Part shown: piece after piece, positions 27,801 through 42,800 of the stretch
Layout of the letters: every line of letters begins with the position of its first letter
How positions within the stretch are numbered: position 1 is the stretch's first letter
Origin: the human T2T-CHM13v2.0 reference genome, Homo sapiens
Direction: 5' to 3' (one strand)
Assembly (NCBI RefSeq): GCF_009914755.1
Contig: NC_060948.1
DNA length: 64,000 nucleotides
Position numbers and translations under genes: made by a program
Notes under the pieces: generated by a model
Databases searched by the model: none
What the model saw: the letters and a program-made list of their open reading frames with translations, nothing else
What the model was told of the DNA's origin: nothing

Positions 27801-30800
27801 AATGTATGGAATGGAATGCAATGAAACGGAATCGAATGTCATAGAATGTAATGGAATGCAAAAAAATGGAATCCAAAATCATTGACTGGAAAGGCTGGGT
27901 GTCGAAAGGAATTGACTCCAATGGAATGGAATCGAATGGAATGGAAGTGAATAGAATCGAACTAAATCGAATGGAATGGAATTGATAGGAACGGAATGGA
28001 AAGGAATGCAATGATTTGGCATGGAATGGAATCGAATGGCATCGAATGGAATGGAATGGAATGCAATGGAATGGAATGTATTAGAATGTAATGAACTTTA
28101 ATGGAATGTACTCGAATGGATTCGACTGGAATGGAATGTTCTGGAAGTGAATGGACTCCAATGGAATGGATTCAAAAGGAATGGAATCGTACGGAATGGA
28201 ATCTAATGGAATGGAATTAAATGGAAATGAATCAAATTGAATAGCACGGAATTGAATTGAATGGAATCGAATGCAATGGAATCTAATGAAACGGAAAGGA
28301 AAGGAATGGAATGGAATGGAATGGGCTGGAATGGAAAGGAATCGAAACGAATGGAATGGAATCGAACTGAAGAGACTGGAATGGAATGCACTGGAATGGA
28401 AGGGAGTGTAATGGAAGGTTCTCGAAAAAAATGGAATCGAATGGAATGGAATTGAATGGAACGGAATAGAGTCGAATGGAATTGAATGGAATGGAATGGA
28501 CTAGAGTGAAATGGAATCGAACCACAAGGAATGGACAGGAATAGAATGGTCTCGAATTGAATGGAATCGTATGGAATGGCATCAAACGGAATGGAATGGA
28601 CAGCCACGGAATGGAATGCAATCGAATGCAATGGAGTCGAAACTAATGGACTGGAATAGAATGGACTCGACTGGTACGGACTCCAATGGAAGGGAATCGA
28701 ATGGAAGGGAATCGAACGGAATGGACTCGAAGGGAAAAGACTGCAATGGAAAGGTCTCGAATGGAATGGAAATTAATGGAATGGAATGGAATCGAATGAA
28801 ATGGAGTCAAAAGGAATGGAATCGAATGGCAAGAAATCGAATGTAATGGAATCGCAAGGAATTGATGTGAACGGAACGGAATGGAATGGAATCCAAAGGA
28901 ATGGAATAGAATGGAATGGAATCGAATGGAAAGGACTCGAATGGAAATCACTCGAATAGAATGCAATTTAATAAAATAGGATCAAATGTAATGGAATGGA
29001 ATGGAAAGGAATCGAAACGAAAGGAATGGAGACAGATGGAATGGAATAGAACAGAGAGCAATGGTATAGAATGGAAAGGAATCATCTGGAATGGAATTGA
29101 ATGGAATGGAATAATATGAAATGGAATGGAATGGAATGGAATGGAATGGAATGCCCTTGAATTAAATGGACTGGAATGGAATGGACTCGAACAGAGTGGA
29201 ATGGAAAGTGTTGAGATAGAATGGAATGGACTCGTTTGGAATGGTCTAGTATGCAATGCAATCGACTGGCAGGGAATCAAAAGGAATGTAATCGAATGGA
29301 TTGGACTGGAATGCAATGGACTCGAATAGATTGCAAACGGAATGCAAAGGAATGGAATGGAATAGTATGGAATGGAATGGAAAGGAATGGAGTGGAATAG
29401 ACTAGACTGGAATGGAATGGACTGGAAAGCAATGGACTGGAATGGAACTTTCTTGAATGGACTGGAATCAAACGGAATGGAATGCAATGCAATCAAATGG
29501 CATGGAATAAAATAGAATGAAAGAGAATCAAATGGAATTGAATCGAATGGAATCGAATGGATTGGAAAGGAATAGAATGGAATGGAATGGAATGGACTAG
29601 AATGGAATGGATTCGAATGGAAGGCAAAGGAATGGAATCTATTGGAATGGACTGTAATGGAATGGAATGGAAGGGATTGGAATGGACTCGAATGGAATGG
29701 ACTGCAATAGAAAGGATTCGAATGGAATGAAAAAGAATTGAATGGAATAGAACAGAATGGAATCAAATCGAATGAAATGGAATGGAATAGAAAGGAATGG
29801 AATGAAATGGAATGGAAAGGATTCGAATGGAATGCAATCGAATGGAATGGAATCGAACGGAATGGAATAAAATGGAAGAAAACTGGCAAGAAATGGAATC
29901 GAAATGAATGGAGTGTTATGGAACGGACTCAAAAGGAATTGAATGTAATAGAATGGAGTGGAGTGGACTCGAATATAATGGACTGGAATGGAATGAAATC
30001 ACATGGAATGGGAACGAATGGAATGGAATGGAAAGGAATGGAATCGAATGGAAAGGAATCGAATGGAAGGGAATGAAATTGAATCAACAGGAATGGAAGG
30101 GAATAGAATAGACGGTAATGGAATGGAATCGAATAGAATGGACACGAATGCTCAAATGGAATGGACTCGAATGGAATGGAAACGAAAGGAATGTCATTGA
30201 ATGGAATTGAATCGATTGGAATGAAATCGCATAGAATGGAGTGGAATCAAATGGAATTGAATCGAAAGGAAAGGAAGCGAATGGACTGAAATGAAATGGA
30301 ATGGAATTGAATGGAAAGTAATGCAATGGAATAGAATGGAACGAAATTTCACGGAATGGAATCAAACTGAATGGAATCAAATCAATGGAATCCAATCAAA
30401 TGGAATGGAGTAGATTGGATTGGATGGGATTGGAATGAAATGTACTGGAAAGGGCTCGAATTTCATGAAACGGAATGGAATGAATTGGAACGGAATGGAC
30501 TCGAATGGAATGGAATGTCATAGAATGGCATCAAATGGAATGGCATCAAATGGAATGGAATCGAATGCAATGGAATGCTATGGAATGGAATGGAATGCAT
30601 TGGAATGGAATGTCCTCTAATGGAATGGATTCGAGTGGAATGGAATCGAATATAATGGAGTCGAATGAAATGGAATTGAAAGGAATGGGATCGAATACAA
30701 TGGAATATACTGGAATGTAATGTAATGAACTCGAATGTAATTGACTGGAATGGAATGTACATGAATGGAATGTAATCGAATGGAAAGTAATCCAATGGAA

Positions 30801-33800
30801 TAGAATCTAATGCAATAAAATCGACTCAGATAGAGTAGAATGTAATGGAATGGAGTGCAGTGCAATGGAATGGAATGGAATGGAATGCAATGGAATGGAA
30901 TGGAATGGAATGGAATGGAATGGAATGGAATGGAATGGAATGGGATGGAATGGTATGGAATGGATGGTAATGGACTGGAGTGAAATGGACTGGAAAGGAA
31001 TGGACTCAAATTGAAAGGGCTGGAAAGGAATGGAGTCAAATGGAATGGTCTGGAATGGAATGAACACGAAAGTAATGCAATCCAATAGAATGGAATCGAA
31101 TGGCATGGAATATAATGAAATGGAATCGAAGAGAATGGAAACAAATGGAATGGAATTGAATGGAATGGAATTGAATGGAATGGGAACGAATGGAGTGAAA
31201 TTGTATGCAGTAGAAGGGAATAGAATGGAATGCAAGCGAAAGGAAAGGAATGGATTGGAAAGGAATGGAATTCATTGGAATGGAAGGGAATGTAGTGTAA
31301 TGGACAGGCCTGGAATAAAGTGGAATGCTACGGTCTCGAATGGAATAAAAATGTATGGAATGGAATGCAATGAAACGGAATCGAATGTCATAGAATGTAA
31401 TGGAATGCAAAAAACTGGAATCCAAAATCATTGACTGGAAAGGCTGGGTGTCGAAAGGAATTGACTCCAATGGAATGGAATCGAATGGAATGGAAGTGAA
31501 TAGAATCGAACTAAATCGAATGGAATGGAATTGATAGGAACGGAATGGAAAGGAATGCAATGATTTGGCACGGAATGGAATCGAATGGCATCGAACGGAA
31601 TGGAATGGAATGCAATTGAATGGAACGTATTAGAATGTAATGAACTTTAATGGAATGTACTCGAATGGATTCGACTGTAATGGAATGTTGTGGAAGTGAA
31701 TGGACTCCAATGGAATGGATTCAAAAGGAATGGAATCGTACGGAATGGAATCTAATGGAATGGAATTAAATGGAAATGAATCAAATTGAATAGCATGGAA
31801 TTGAATTGAATGGAATCGAATGCAATGGAATCTAATGAAACGGAAAGGAAAGGAATGGAATGGAATGGAATGGGCTGGAATGGAAAGGAATCGAAACGAA
31901 TGGAATGGAATCGAACTGAAGAGACTGGAATGGAATGCACTGGAATGGAAGGGAGTGTAATGGAAGGTTCTCGAAAAAAATGGAATCGAATGGAATGGAA
32001 TTGAATGGAACGGAATAGAGTCAAATGGAATTGAATGGAATGGAATGGACTAGAGTGAAATGGAATCGAACCACAAGGAATGGACAGGAATAGAATGGTC
32101 TCGAATTGAATGGAATCGTATGGAATGGCATCAAACGGAATGGAATGGACAGCCACGGAATGGAATGCACTCGAATGCAATGGAGTCGAAACTAATGGAC
32201 TGGAATAGAATGGATTCGACTGGTACGGACTCCAATGGAATGGAATCGAATGGAAGGGAATCGAACGGAATGGACTCGAAGGGAAAAGACTGCAATGGAA
32301 AGGTCTCGAATGGAATGGAAATTAATGGAATGGAATGGAATCGAATGAAATGGAGTCAAAAGGAATGGAATCGAATGGCAAGAAATCGAATGTAATGGAA
32401 TCGCAAGGAATTGATGTGAACGGAACGGAATGGAATGGAATCCAAAGGAATGGAATAGAATGGAATGGAATCGAATGGAAAGGACTCGAATGGAAATCAC
32501 TCGAATAGAATGCAATTTAATAAAATAGGATCAAATGTAATGGAATGGAATGGAAAGGAATCGAAACGAAAGGAATGGAGACAGATGGAATGGAATGGAA
32601 CAGAGAGCAATGGTATAGAATGGAATGGAATCATCAGGAATGGAATTGAATGGAATGGAATAATATGAAATGGAATGGAATGGAATGGAATGGAATGCCC
32701 TTGAATTAAATGGACTGGAATGGAATGGACTCGAACAGAGTGGAATGGAAAGTGTTGAGATAGAATGGAATGGACTCGTTTGGAATGGTCTAGTATGCAA
32801 TGCAATCGACTGGCAGGGAATCAAAAGGAATGTAATGGAATGGATTGGACTGGAATGCAATGGACTCGAATAGATTGGAAACGGAATGCAAAGGAATGGA
32901 ATGGAATAGTATGGAATGGAATGGAAAGGAATGGAGTGGAATAGACTAGAGTGGAATGGAATGGACTGGAAAGCAATAGACTGGAATGGAACTTTCTTGA
33001 ATGGACTGGAATCAAACGGAATGGAATGCAATGCAATCAAATGGCATGGAATAAAATAGAATGAAAGAGAATCAAATGGAATTGAATCGAATGGAATCGA
33101 ATGGATTGGAAAGGAATAGAATGGAATGGAATGGAATTGACTCAAATGGAATGGACTAGAATGGAATGGATTCGAATGGAAGGCAAAGGAATGGAATCTA
33201 TTGGAATGGACTGGAATGGAATGGAAGGGATTGGAATGGACTCGAATGGAATGGACTGCAATAGAAAGGATTCGAATGGAATGAAAAAGAATTGAATGGA
33301 ATAGAACAGAATGGAATCAAATCGAATGAAATGGAATGGAATAGAAAGGAATGGAATGAAATGGAATGGAAAGGATTCGAATGGAATGCAATCGAATGGA
33401 ATGGAATCGAACGGAATGGAATAAAATGGAAGAAAACTGGCAAGAAATGGAATCGAAATGAATGGAGTGTTATGGAACGGACTCAAAAGGAATTGAATGT
33501 AATAGAATGGAGTGGAGTGGACTCGAATATAATGGACTGGAATGGAATGAAATCACATGGAATGGGAACGAATGGAATGGAATGGAAAGGAATGGAATCG
33601 AATGGAAAGGAATCGAATGGAAGGGAATGAAATTGAATCAACAGGAATGGAAGGGAATAGAATAGACGGTAATGGAATGGACTCGAATTGAATGGACACG
33701 AATGCTCAAATTGAATGGACAAGAATGGAATGGAAACGAAAGGAATGTCATCGAATGGAATTGAATCGATTGGAATGAAATCGCATAGAATGGAGTGGAA

Positions 33801-36800
33801 TCAAATGGAATTGAATCGAAAGGAAAGGAAGCGAATGGACTGAAATGAAATGGAATGGAATTGAATGGAAAGTAATGCAATGGAATAGAATGGAACGAAA
33901 TTTCACGGAATGGAATCAAACTGAATGGAATCAAATCAATGGAATCTAATCAAATGGAATGGAAAGGAATTGAATGGAGTAGATTGGATTGGATGGGATT
34001 GGAATGAAATGTACTGGAAAGGACTCGAATTTCATGAAACGGAATGGAATGAATTGGAACGGAATGGACTCGAATGGAATGGAATGTCATGGAATGGCAT
34101 CAAATGGAATGGCATCAAATGGAATGGAATCGAATGCAATGGAATGCTATGGAATGGAATGGAATGCATTGGAATGGAATGTCCTCTAATGGAATGTATT
34201 CGAGTGGAATGGAATTGAATATAATGGAGTCGAATGAAATGGAATTGAAAAGAATGGGATCGAATACAATGGAATATACTGGAATGTAATGTAATGAACT
34301 CGAATGTAATTGACTGGAATGGAATGTACATGAATGGAATGTAATCGAATGGAAAGTAATCCAATGGAATAGAAACTAATGCAATAAAATCGACTCAAAT
34401 AGAGTAGAATGTAATGGAATGGAGTGCAGTGCAATGGAATGGAATGGAATGGAATGCAATGGAATGGAATGGAATGGAATGGAATGGGATGGAATGGTGT
34501 GGAATGGATAGTAATGGACTGGTGTGAAATGGACTGGAAAGGAATGGACTCAAATTGAAAGGGCTCGAAAGGAATGGAGTCAAATGGAATGGTCTGGAAT
34601 GGAATGAACACGAATGTAATGCAATCCAATAGAATGGAATCGAATGGCATGGAATATAAAGAAATGGAATCGAAGAGAATGGAAACAAATGGAATGGAAT
34701 TGAATGGAATGGAATTGAATGGAATGGGAAGGAATGGAGTGAAATTGTATGCAGTAGAAGAGAATAGAATGGAATGCAAGTGAAAGGAAAGGAATGGATT
34801 GGAATGGAATGGAATTCATTGGAATGGAAGGGAATGTAGTGTAATGGACAGGCCTGGAATAAAGTGGAATGCTACGGTCTCGAATGGAATAAAAATGTAT
34901 GGAATGGAATGCAATGAAACGGAATCGAATGTCATAGAATGTAATGGAATGCAAAAAAATGGAATCCAAAATCATTGACTGGAAAGGCTGGGTGTCGAAA
35001 GGAATTGACTCCAATGGAATGGAATCGAATGGAATGGAAGTGAATAGAATCGAACTAAATCGAATGGAATGGAATTGATAGGAACGGAATGGAAAGGAAT
35101 GCAATGATTTGGCATGGAATGGAATCGAATGGCATCGAATGGAATGGAATGGAATGCAATGGAATGGAATGTATTAGAATGTAATGAACTTTAATGGAAT
35201 GTACTCGAATGGATTCGACTGGAATGGAATGTTGTGGAAGTGAATGGACTCCAATGGAATGGATTCAAAAGGAATGGAATCGTACGGAATGGAATCTAAT
35301 GGAATGGAATTAAATGGAAATGAATCAAATTGAATAGCACGGAATTGAATTGAATGGAATGGAATGCAATGGAATCTAATGAAACGGAAAGGAAAGGAAT
35401 GGAATGGAATGGAATGGGCTGGAATGGAAAGGAATCGAAACGAATGGAATGGAATCGAACTGAAGAGACTGGAATGGAATGCACTGGAATGGAAGGGAGT
35501 GTAATGGAAGGTTCTCGAAAAAAATGGAATCGAATGGAATGGAATTGAATGGAACGGAATAGAGTCGAATGGAATTGAATGGAATGGAATGGACTAGAGT
35601 GAAATGGAATCGAACCACAAGGAATGGACAGGAATAGAATGGTCTCGAATTGAATGGAATCGTATGGAATGGCATCAAACGGAATGGAATGGACAGCCAC
35701 GGAATGGAATGCACTCGAATGCAATGGAGTCGAAACTAATGGACTGGAATAGAATGGACTCGACTGGTACGGACTCCAATGGAATGGAATCGAATGGAAG
35801 GGAATCGAACGGAATGGACTCGAAGGGAAAAGACTGCAATGGAAAGGTCTCGAATGGAATGGAAATTAATGGAATGGAATGGAATCGAATGAAATGGAGT
35901 CAAAAGGAATGGAATCGAATGGCAAGAAATCGAATGTAATGGAATCGCAAGGAATTGATGTGAACGGAACGGAATGGAATGGAATCCAAAGGAATGGAAT
36001 AGAATGGAATGGAATCGAATGGAAAGGACTCGAATGGAAATCACTCGAATAGAATGCAATTTAATAAAATAGGATCAAATGTAATGGAATGGAATGGAAA
36101 GGAATCGAAACGAAAGGAATGGAGACAGATGGAATGGAATGGAACAGAGAGCAATGGTATAGAATGGAATGGAATCATCTGGAATGGAATTGAATGGAAT
36201 GGAATAATATGAAATGGAATGGAATGGAATGGAATGCCCTTGAATTAAATGGACTGGAATGGAATGGACTCGAACAGAGTGGAATGGAAAGTGTTGAGAT
36301 AGAATGGAATGGACTCGTTTGGAATGGTCTAGTAGGCAATGCAATCGACTGGCAGGGAATCAAAAGGAATGTAATGGAATGGATTGGACTGGAATGCAAT
36401 GGACTCGAATAGATTGGAAACGGAATGCAAAGGAATGGAATGGAATAGTATGGAATGGAATGGAAAGGAATGGAGTGGAATAGACTAGAGTGGAATGGAA
36501 TGGACTGGAAAGCAATAGACTGGAATGGAACTTTCTTGAATGGACTGGAATCAAACGGAATGGAATGCAATGCAATCAAATGGCATGGAATAAAATAGAA
36601 TGAAAGAGAATCAAATGGAATTGAATCGAATGGAATCGAATGGATTGGAAAGGAATAGAATGGAATGGAATGGAATTGACTCAAATGGAATGGACTAGAA
36701 TGGAATGGATTCGAATGGAAGGCAAAGGAATGGAATCTATTGGAATGGACTGGAATGGAATGGAAGGGATTGGAATGGACTCGAATGGAATGGACTGCAA

Positions 36801-39800
36801 TAGAAAGGATTCGAATGGAATGAAAAAGAATTGAATGGAATAGAACAGAATGGAATCAAATCGAATGAAATGGAATGGAATAGAAAGGAATGGAATGAAA
36901 TGGAATGGAAAGGATTCGAATGGAATGCAATCGAATGGAATGGAATCGAACGGAATGGAATAAAATGGAAGAAAACTGGCAAGAAATGGAATCGAAATGA
37001 ATGGAGTGTTATGGAACGGACTCAAAAGGAATTGAATGTAATAGAATGGAGTGGAGTGGACTCGAATATAATGGACTGGAATGGAATGAAATCACATGGA
37101 ATGGGAACGAATGGAATGGAATGGAAAGGAATGGAATCGAATGGAAAGGAATCGAATGGAAGGGAATGAAATTGAATCAACAGGAATGGAAGGGAATAGA
37201 ATAGACGGTAATGGAATGGACTCGAATTGAATGGACACGAATGCTCAAATTGAATGGACAAGAATGGAATGGAAACGAAAGGAATGTCATCGAATGGAAT
37301 TGAATCGATTGGAATGAAATCGCATAGAATGGAGTGGAATCAAATGGAATTGAATCGAAAGGAAAGGAAGCGAATGGACTGAAATGAAATGGAATGGAAT
37401 TGAATGGAAAGTAATGCAATGGAATAGAATGGAACGAAATTTCACGGAATGGAATCAAACTGAATGGAATCAAATCAATGGAATCTAATCAAATGGAATG
37501 GAAAGGAATTGAATGGAGTAGATTGGATTGGATGGGATTGGAATGAAATGTACTGGAAAGGACTCGAATTTCATGAAACGGAATGGAATGAATTGGAACG
37601 GAATGGACTCGAATGGAATGGAATGTCATGGAATGGCATCAAATGGAATGGCATCAAATGGAATGGAATCGAATGCAATGGAATGCTATGGAATGGAATG
37701 GAATGCATTGGAATGGAATGTCCTCTAATGGAATGTATTCGAGTGGAATGGAATCGAATATAATGGAGTCGAATGAAATGGAATTGAAAAGAATGGGATC
37801 GAATACAATGGAATATACTGGAATGTAATGTAATGAACTCGAATGTAATTGACTGGAATGGAATGTACATGAATGGAATGTAATCGAATGGAAAGTAATC
37901 CAATGGAATAGAAACTAATGCAATAAAATCGACTCAAATAGAGTAGAATGTAATGGAATGGAGTGCAGTGCAATGGAATGGAATGGAATGGAATGCAATG
38001 GAATGGAATGGAATGGAATGGAATGGGATGGAATGGTGTGGAATGGATAGTAATGGACTGGTGTGAAATGGACTGGAAAGGAATGGACTCAAATTGAAAG
38101 GGCTCGAAAGGAATGGAGTCAAATGGAATGGTCTGGAATGGAATGAACACGAATGTAATGCAATCCAATAGAATGGAATCGAATGGCATGGAATATAAAG
38201 AAATGGAATCGAAGAGAATGGAAACAAATGGAATGGAATTGAATGGAATGGAATTGAATGGAATGGGAAGGAATGGAGTGAAATTGTATGCAGTAGAAGA
38301 GAATAGAATGGAATGCAAGTGAAAGGAAAGGAATGGATTGGAATGGAATGGAATTCATTGGAATGGAAGGGAATGTAGTGTAATGGACAGGCCTGGAATA
38401 AAGTGGAATGCTACGGTCTCGAATGGAATAAAAATGTATGGAATGGAATGCAATGAAACGGAATCGAATGTCATAGAATGTAATGGAATGCAAAAAAATG
38501 GAATCCAAAATCATTGACTGGAAAGGCTGGGTGTCGAAAGGAATTGACTCCAATGGAATGGAATCGAATGGAATGGAAGTGAATAGAATCGAACTAAATC
38601 GAATGGAATGGAATTGATAGGAACGGAATGGAAAGGAATGCAATGATTTGGCATGGAATGGAATCGAATGGCATCGAATGGAATGGAATGGAATGCAATG
38701 GAATGGAATGTATTAGAATGTAATGAACTTTAATGGAATGTACTCGAATGGATTCGACTGGAATGGAATGTTGTGGAAGTGAATGGACTCCAATGGAATG
38801 GATTCAAAAGGAATGGAATCGTACGGAATGGAATCTAATGGAATGGAATTAAATGGAAATGAATCAAATTGAATAGCACGGAATTGAATTGAATGGAATG
38901 GAATGCAATGGAATCTAATGAAACGGAAAGGAAAGGAATGGAATGGAATGGAATGGGCTGGAATGGAAAGGAATCGAAACGAATGGAATGGAATCGAACT
39001 GAAGAGACTGGAATGGAATGCACTGGAATGGAAGGGAGTGTAATGGAAGGTTCTCGAAAAAAATGGAATCGAATGGAATGGAATTGAATGGAACGGAATA
39101 GAGTCGAATGGAATTGAATGGAATGGAATGGACTAGAGTGAAATGGAATCGAACCACAAGGAATGGACAGGAATAGAATGGTCTCGAATTGAATGGAATC
39201 GTATGGAATGGCATCAAACGGAATGGAATGGACAGCCACGGAATGGAATGCACTCGAATGCAATGGAGTCGAAACTAATGGACTGGAATAGAATGGACTC
39301 GACTGGTACGGACTCCAATGGAATGGAATCGAATGGAAGGGAATCGAACGGAATGGACTCGAAGGGAAAAGACTGCAATGGAAAGGTCTCGAATGGAATG
39401 GAAATTAATGGAATGGAATGGAATCGAATGAAATGGAGTCAAAAGGAATGGAATCGAATGGCAAGAAATCGAATGTAATGGAATCGCAAGGAATTGATGT
39501 GAACGGAACGGAATGGAATGGAATCCAAAGGAATGGAATAGAATGGAATGGAATCGAATGGAAAGGACTCGAATGGAAATCACTCGAATAGAATGCAATT
39601 TAATAAAATAGGATCAAATGTAATGGAATGGAATGGAAAGGAATCGAAACGAAAGGAATGGAGACAGATGGAATGGAATGGAACAGAGAGCAATGGTATA
39701 GAATGGAATGGAATCATCTGGAATGGAATTGAATGGAATGGAATAATATGAAATGGAATGGAATGGAATGGAATGCCCTTGAATTAAATGGACTGGAATG

Positions 39801-42800
39801 GAATGGACTCGAACAGAGTGGAATGGAAAGTGTTGAGATAGAATGGAATGGACTCGTTTGGAATGGTCTAGTATGCAATGCAATCGACTGGCAGGGAATC
39901 AAAAGGAATGTAATCGAATGGATTGGACTGGAATGCAATGGACTCGAATAGATTGGAAACGGAATGCAAAGGAATGGAATGGAATAGTATGGAATGGAAT
40001 GGAAAGGAATGCAGTGGAATAGACTAGAGTGGAATGGAATGGACTGGAAAGCAATGGACTGGAATGGAACTTTATTGAATGGACTGGAATCAAACGGAAT
40101 GGAATGCAATGCAATCAAATGGCATGGAATAAAATAGAATGAAAGAGAATCAAATGGAATTGAATCGAATGGAATCGAATGGATTGGAAAGGAATAGAAT
40201 GGAATGGAATGGAATTGACTCAAATGGAATGGACTAGAATGGAATGGATTCGAATGGAAGGCAAAGGAATGGAATCTATTGGAATGGACTGTAATGGAAT
40301 GGAATGGAAGGGATTGGAATGGACTCGAATGGAATGGACTGCAATAGAAAGGATTCGAATGGAATGAAAAAGAATTGAATGGAATAGAACAGAATGGAAT
40401 CAAATCGAATGAAATGGAATGGAATAGAAAAGAATGGAATGAAATGGAATGGAAAGGATTCGAATGGAATGCAATCGAATGGAATGGAATCGAACGGAAT
40501 GGAATAAAATGGAAGAAAACTGGCAAGAAATGGAATCGAAATGAATGGAGTGTTATGGAACGGACTCAAAAGGAATTGAATGTAATAGAATGGAGTGGAG
40601 TGGACTCGAATATAATGGACTGGAATGGAATGAAATCACATGGAATGGGAACGAATGGAATGGAATGGAAAGGAATGGAATCGAATGGAAAGGAATCGAA
40701 TGGAAGGGAATGAAATTGAATCAACAGGAATGGAAGGGAATAGAATAGACGGTAATGGAATGGACTCGAATAGAATGGACACGAATGCTCAAATTGAATG
40801 GACTCGAATGGAATGGAAACGAAAGGAATGTCATCGAATGGAATTGAATCGATTGGAATGAAATCGCATAGAATGGAGTGGAATCAAATGGAATTGAATC
40901 GAAAGGAAAGGAAGCGAATGGACTGAAATGAAATGGAATGGAATTGAATGGAAAGTAATGCAATGGAATAGAATGGAACGAAATTTCACGGAATGGAATC
41001 AAACTGAATGGAATCAAACCAATGGAATCAAATCAAATGGAATGGAAAGGAATTGAATGGAGTAGATTGGATTGGATGGGATTGGAATGAAATGTACTGG
41101 AAAGGACTCGAATTTCATGAAACGGAATGGAATGAATTGGAACGGAACGGACTCGAATGGAATGGAATGTCATGGAATGGCATCAAATGGAATGGCATCA
41201 AATGGAATGGAATCGAATGTAATGGAATGCTATGGAATGGAATGGAATGCATTTTAATGGAATGTCCTCTAATGGAATGGATTCGAGTGGAATGGAATCG
41301 AATATAATGGAGTCGAATGAAATGGAATTGAAAGGAATGGGATCGAATACAATGGAATATACTGGAATGTAATGTAATGAACTCGAATGTAATTGACTGG
41401 AATGGAATGTACATGAATGGAATGTAATCGAATGGAAAGTAATCCAATGGAATAGAATCTAATGCAATAAAATCGACTCAGATAGAGTAGAATGTAATGG
41501 AATGGAGTGCAGTGCAATGGAATGGAATGGAATGGAATGCAATGGAATGGAATGGAATGGAATGGAATGGAATGGTGTGGAATGGATAGTAATGGACTGG
41601 AGTGAAATGGACTGGAAAGGAATGGACTCAAATTGAATGGGCTCGAAAGGAATGGAGTCAAATGGAATGGTCTGGAATGGAATGAACACGAATGTAATGC
41701 AATCCAATAGAATGGAATCGAATGGCATGGAATATAAAGAAATGGAATCGAAGAGAATGGAAACAAATGGAATGGAATTGAGTGGAATGGAATTGAATGG
41801 AATGGGAACGAATGGAGTGAAATTGTATGCAGTAGAAGAGAATAGAATGGAATGCAAGCGAAAGGAAAGGAATGGATTGGAATGGAATGGAATTCATTGG
41901 AATGGAAGGGAATGTAGTGTAATGGACAGGCCTGGAATAAAGTGGAATGCTACGGTCTCGAATGGAATAAAAATGTATGGAATGGAATGCAATGAAACGG
42001 AATCGAATGTCATAGAATGTAATGGAATGCAAAAAAATGGAATCCAAAATCATTGACTGGAAAGGCTGGGTGTCGAAAGGAATTGACTCCAATGGAATGG
42101 AATCGAATGGAATGGAAGTGAATAGAATCGAACTAAATCGAATGGAATGGAATTGATAGGAACGGAATGGAAAGGAATGCAATGATTTGGCATGGAATGG
42201 AATCGAATGGCATCGAATGGAATGGAATGGAATGCAATGAAATGGAATGTATTAGAATGTAATGAACTTTAATGGAATGTACTCGAATGGATTCGACTGG
42301 AATGGAATGTTCTGGAAGTGAATGGACTCCAATGGAATGGATTCAAAAGGAATGGAATCGTACGGAATGGAATCTAATGGAATGGAATTAAATGGAAATG
42401 AATCAAATTGAATAGCACGGAATTGAATTGAATGGAATGGAATGCAATGGAATCTAATGAAACGGAAAGGAAAGGAATGGAATGGAATGGAATGGGCTGG
42501 AATGGAAAGGAATCGAAACGAATGGAATGGAATCGAACTGAAGAGACTGGAATGGAATGCACTGGAATGGAAGGGAGTGTAATGGAAGGTTCTCGAAAAA
42601 AATGGAATGGAATGGAATGGAATTGAATGGAACGGAATAGAGTCGAATGGAATTGAATGGAATGGAATGGACTAGAGTGAAATGGAATCGAACCACAAGG
42701 AATGGACAGGAATAGAATGGTCTCGAATTGAATGGAATCGTATGGAATGGCATCAAACGGAATGGAATGGACAGCCACGGAATAGAATGCACTCGAATGC

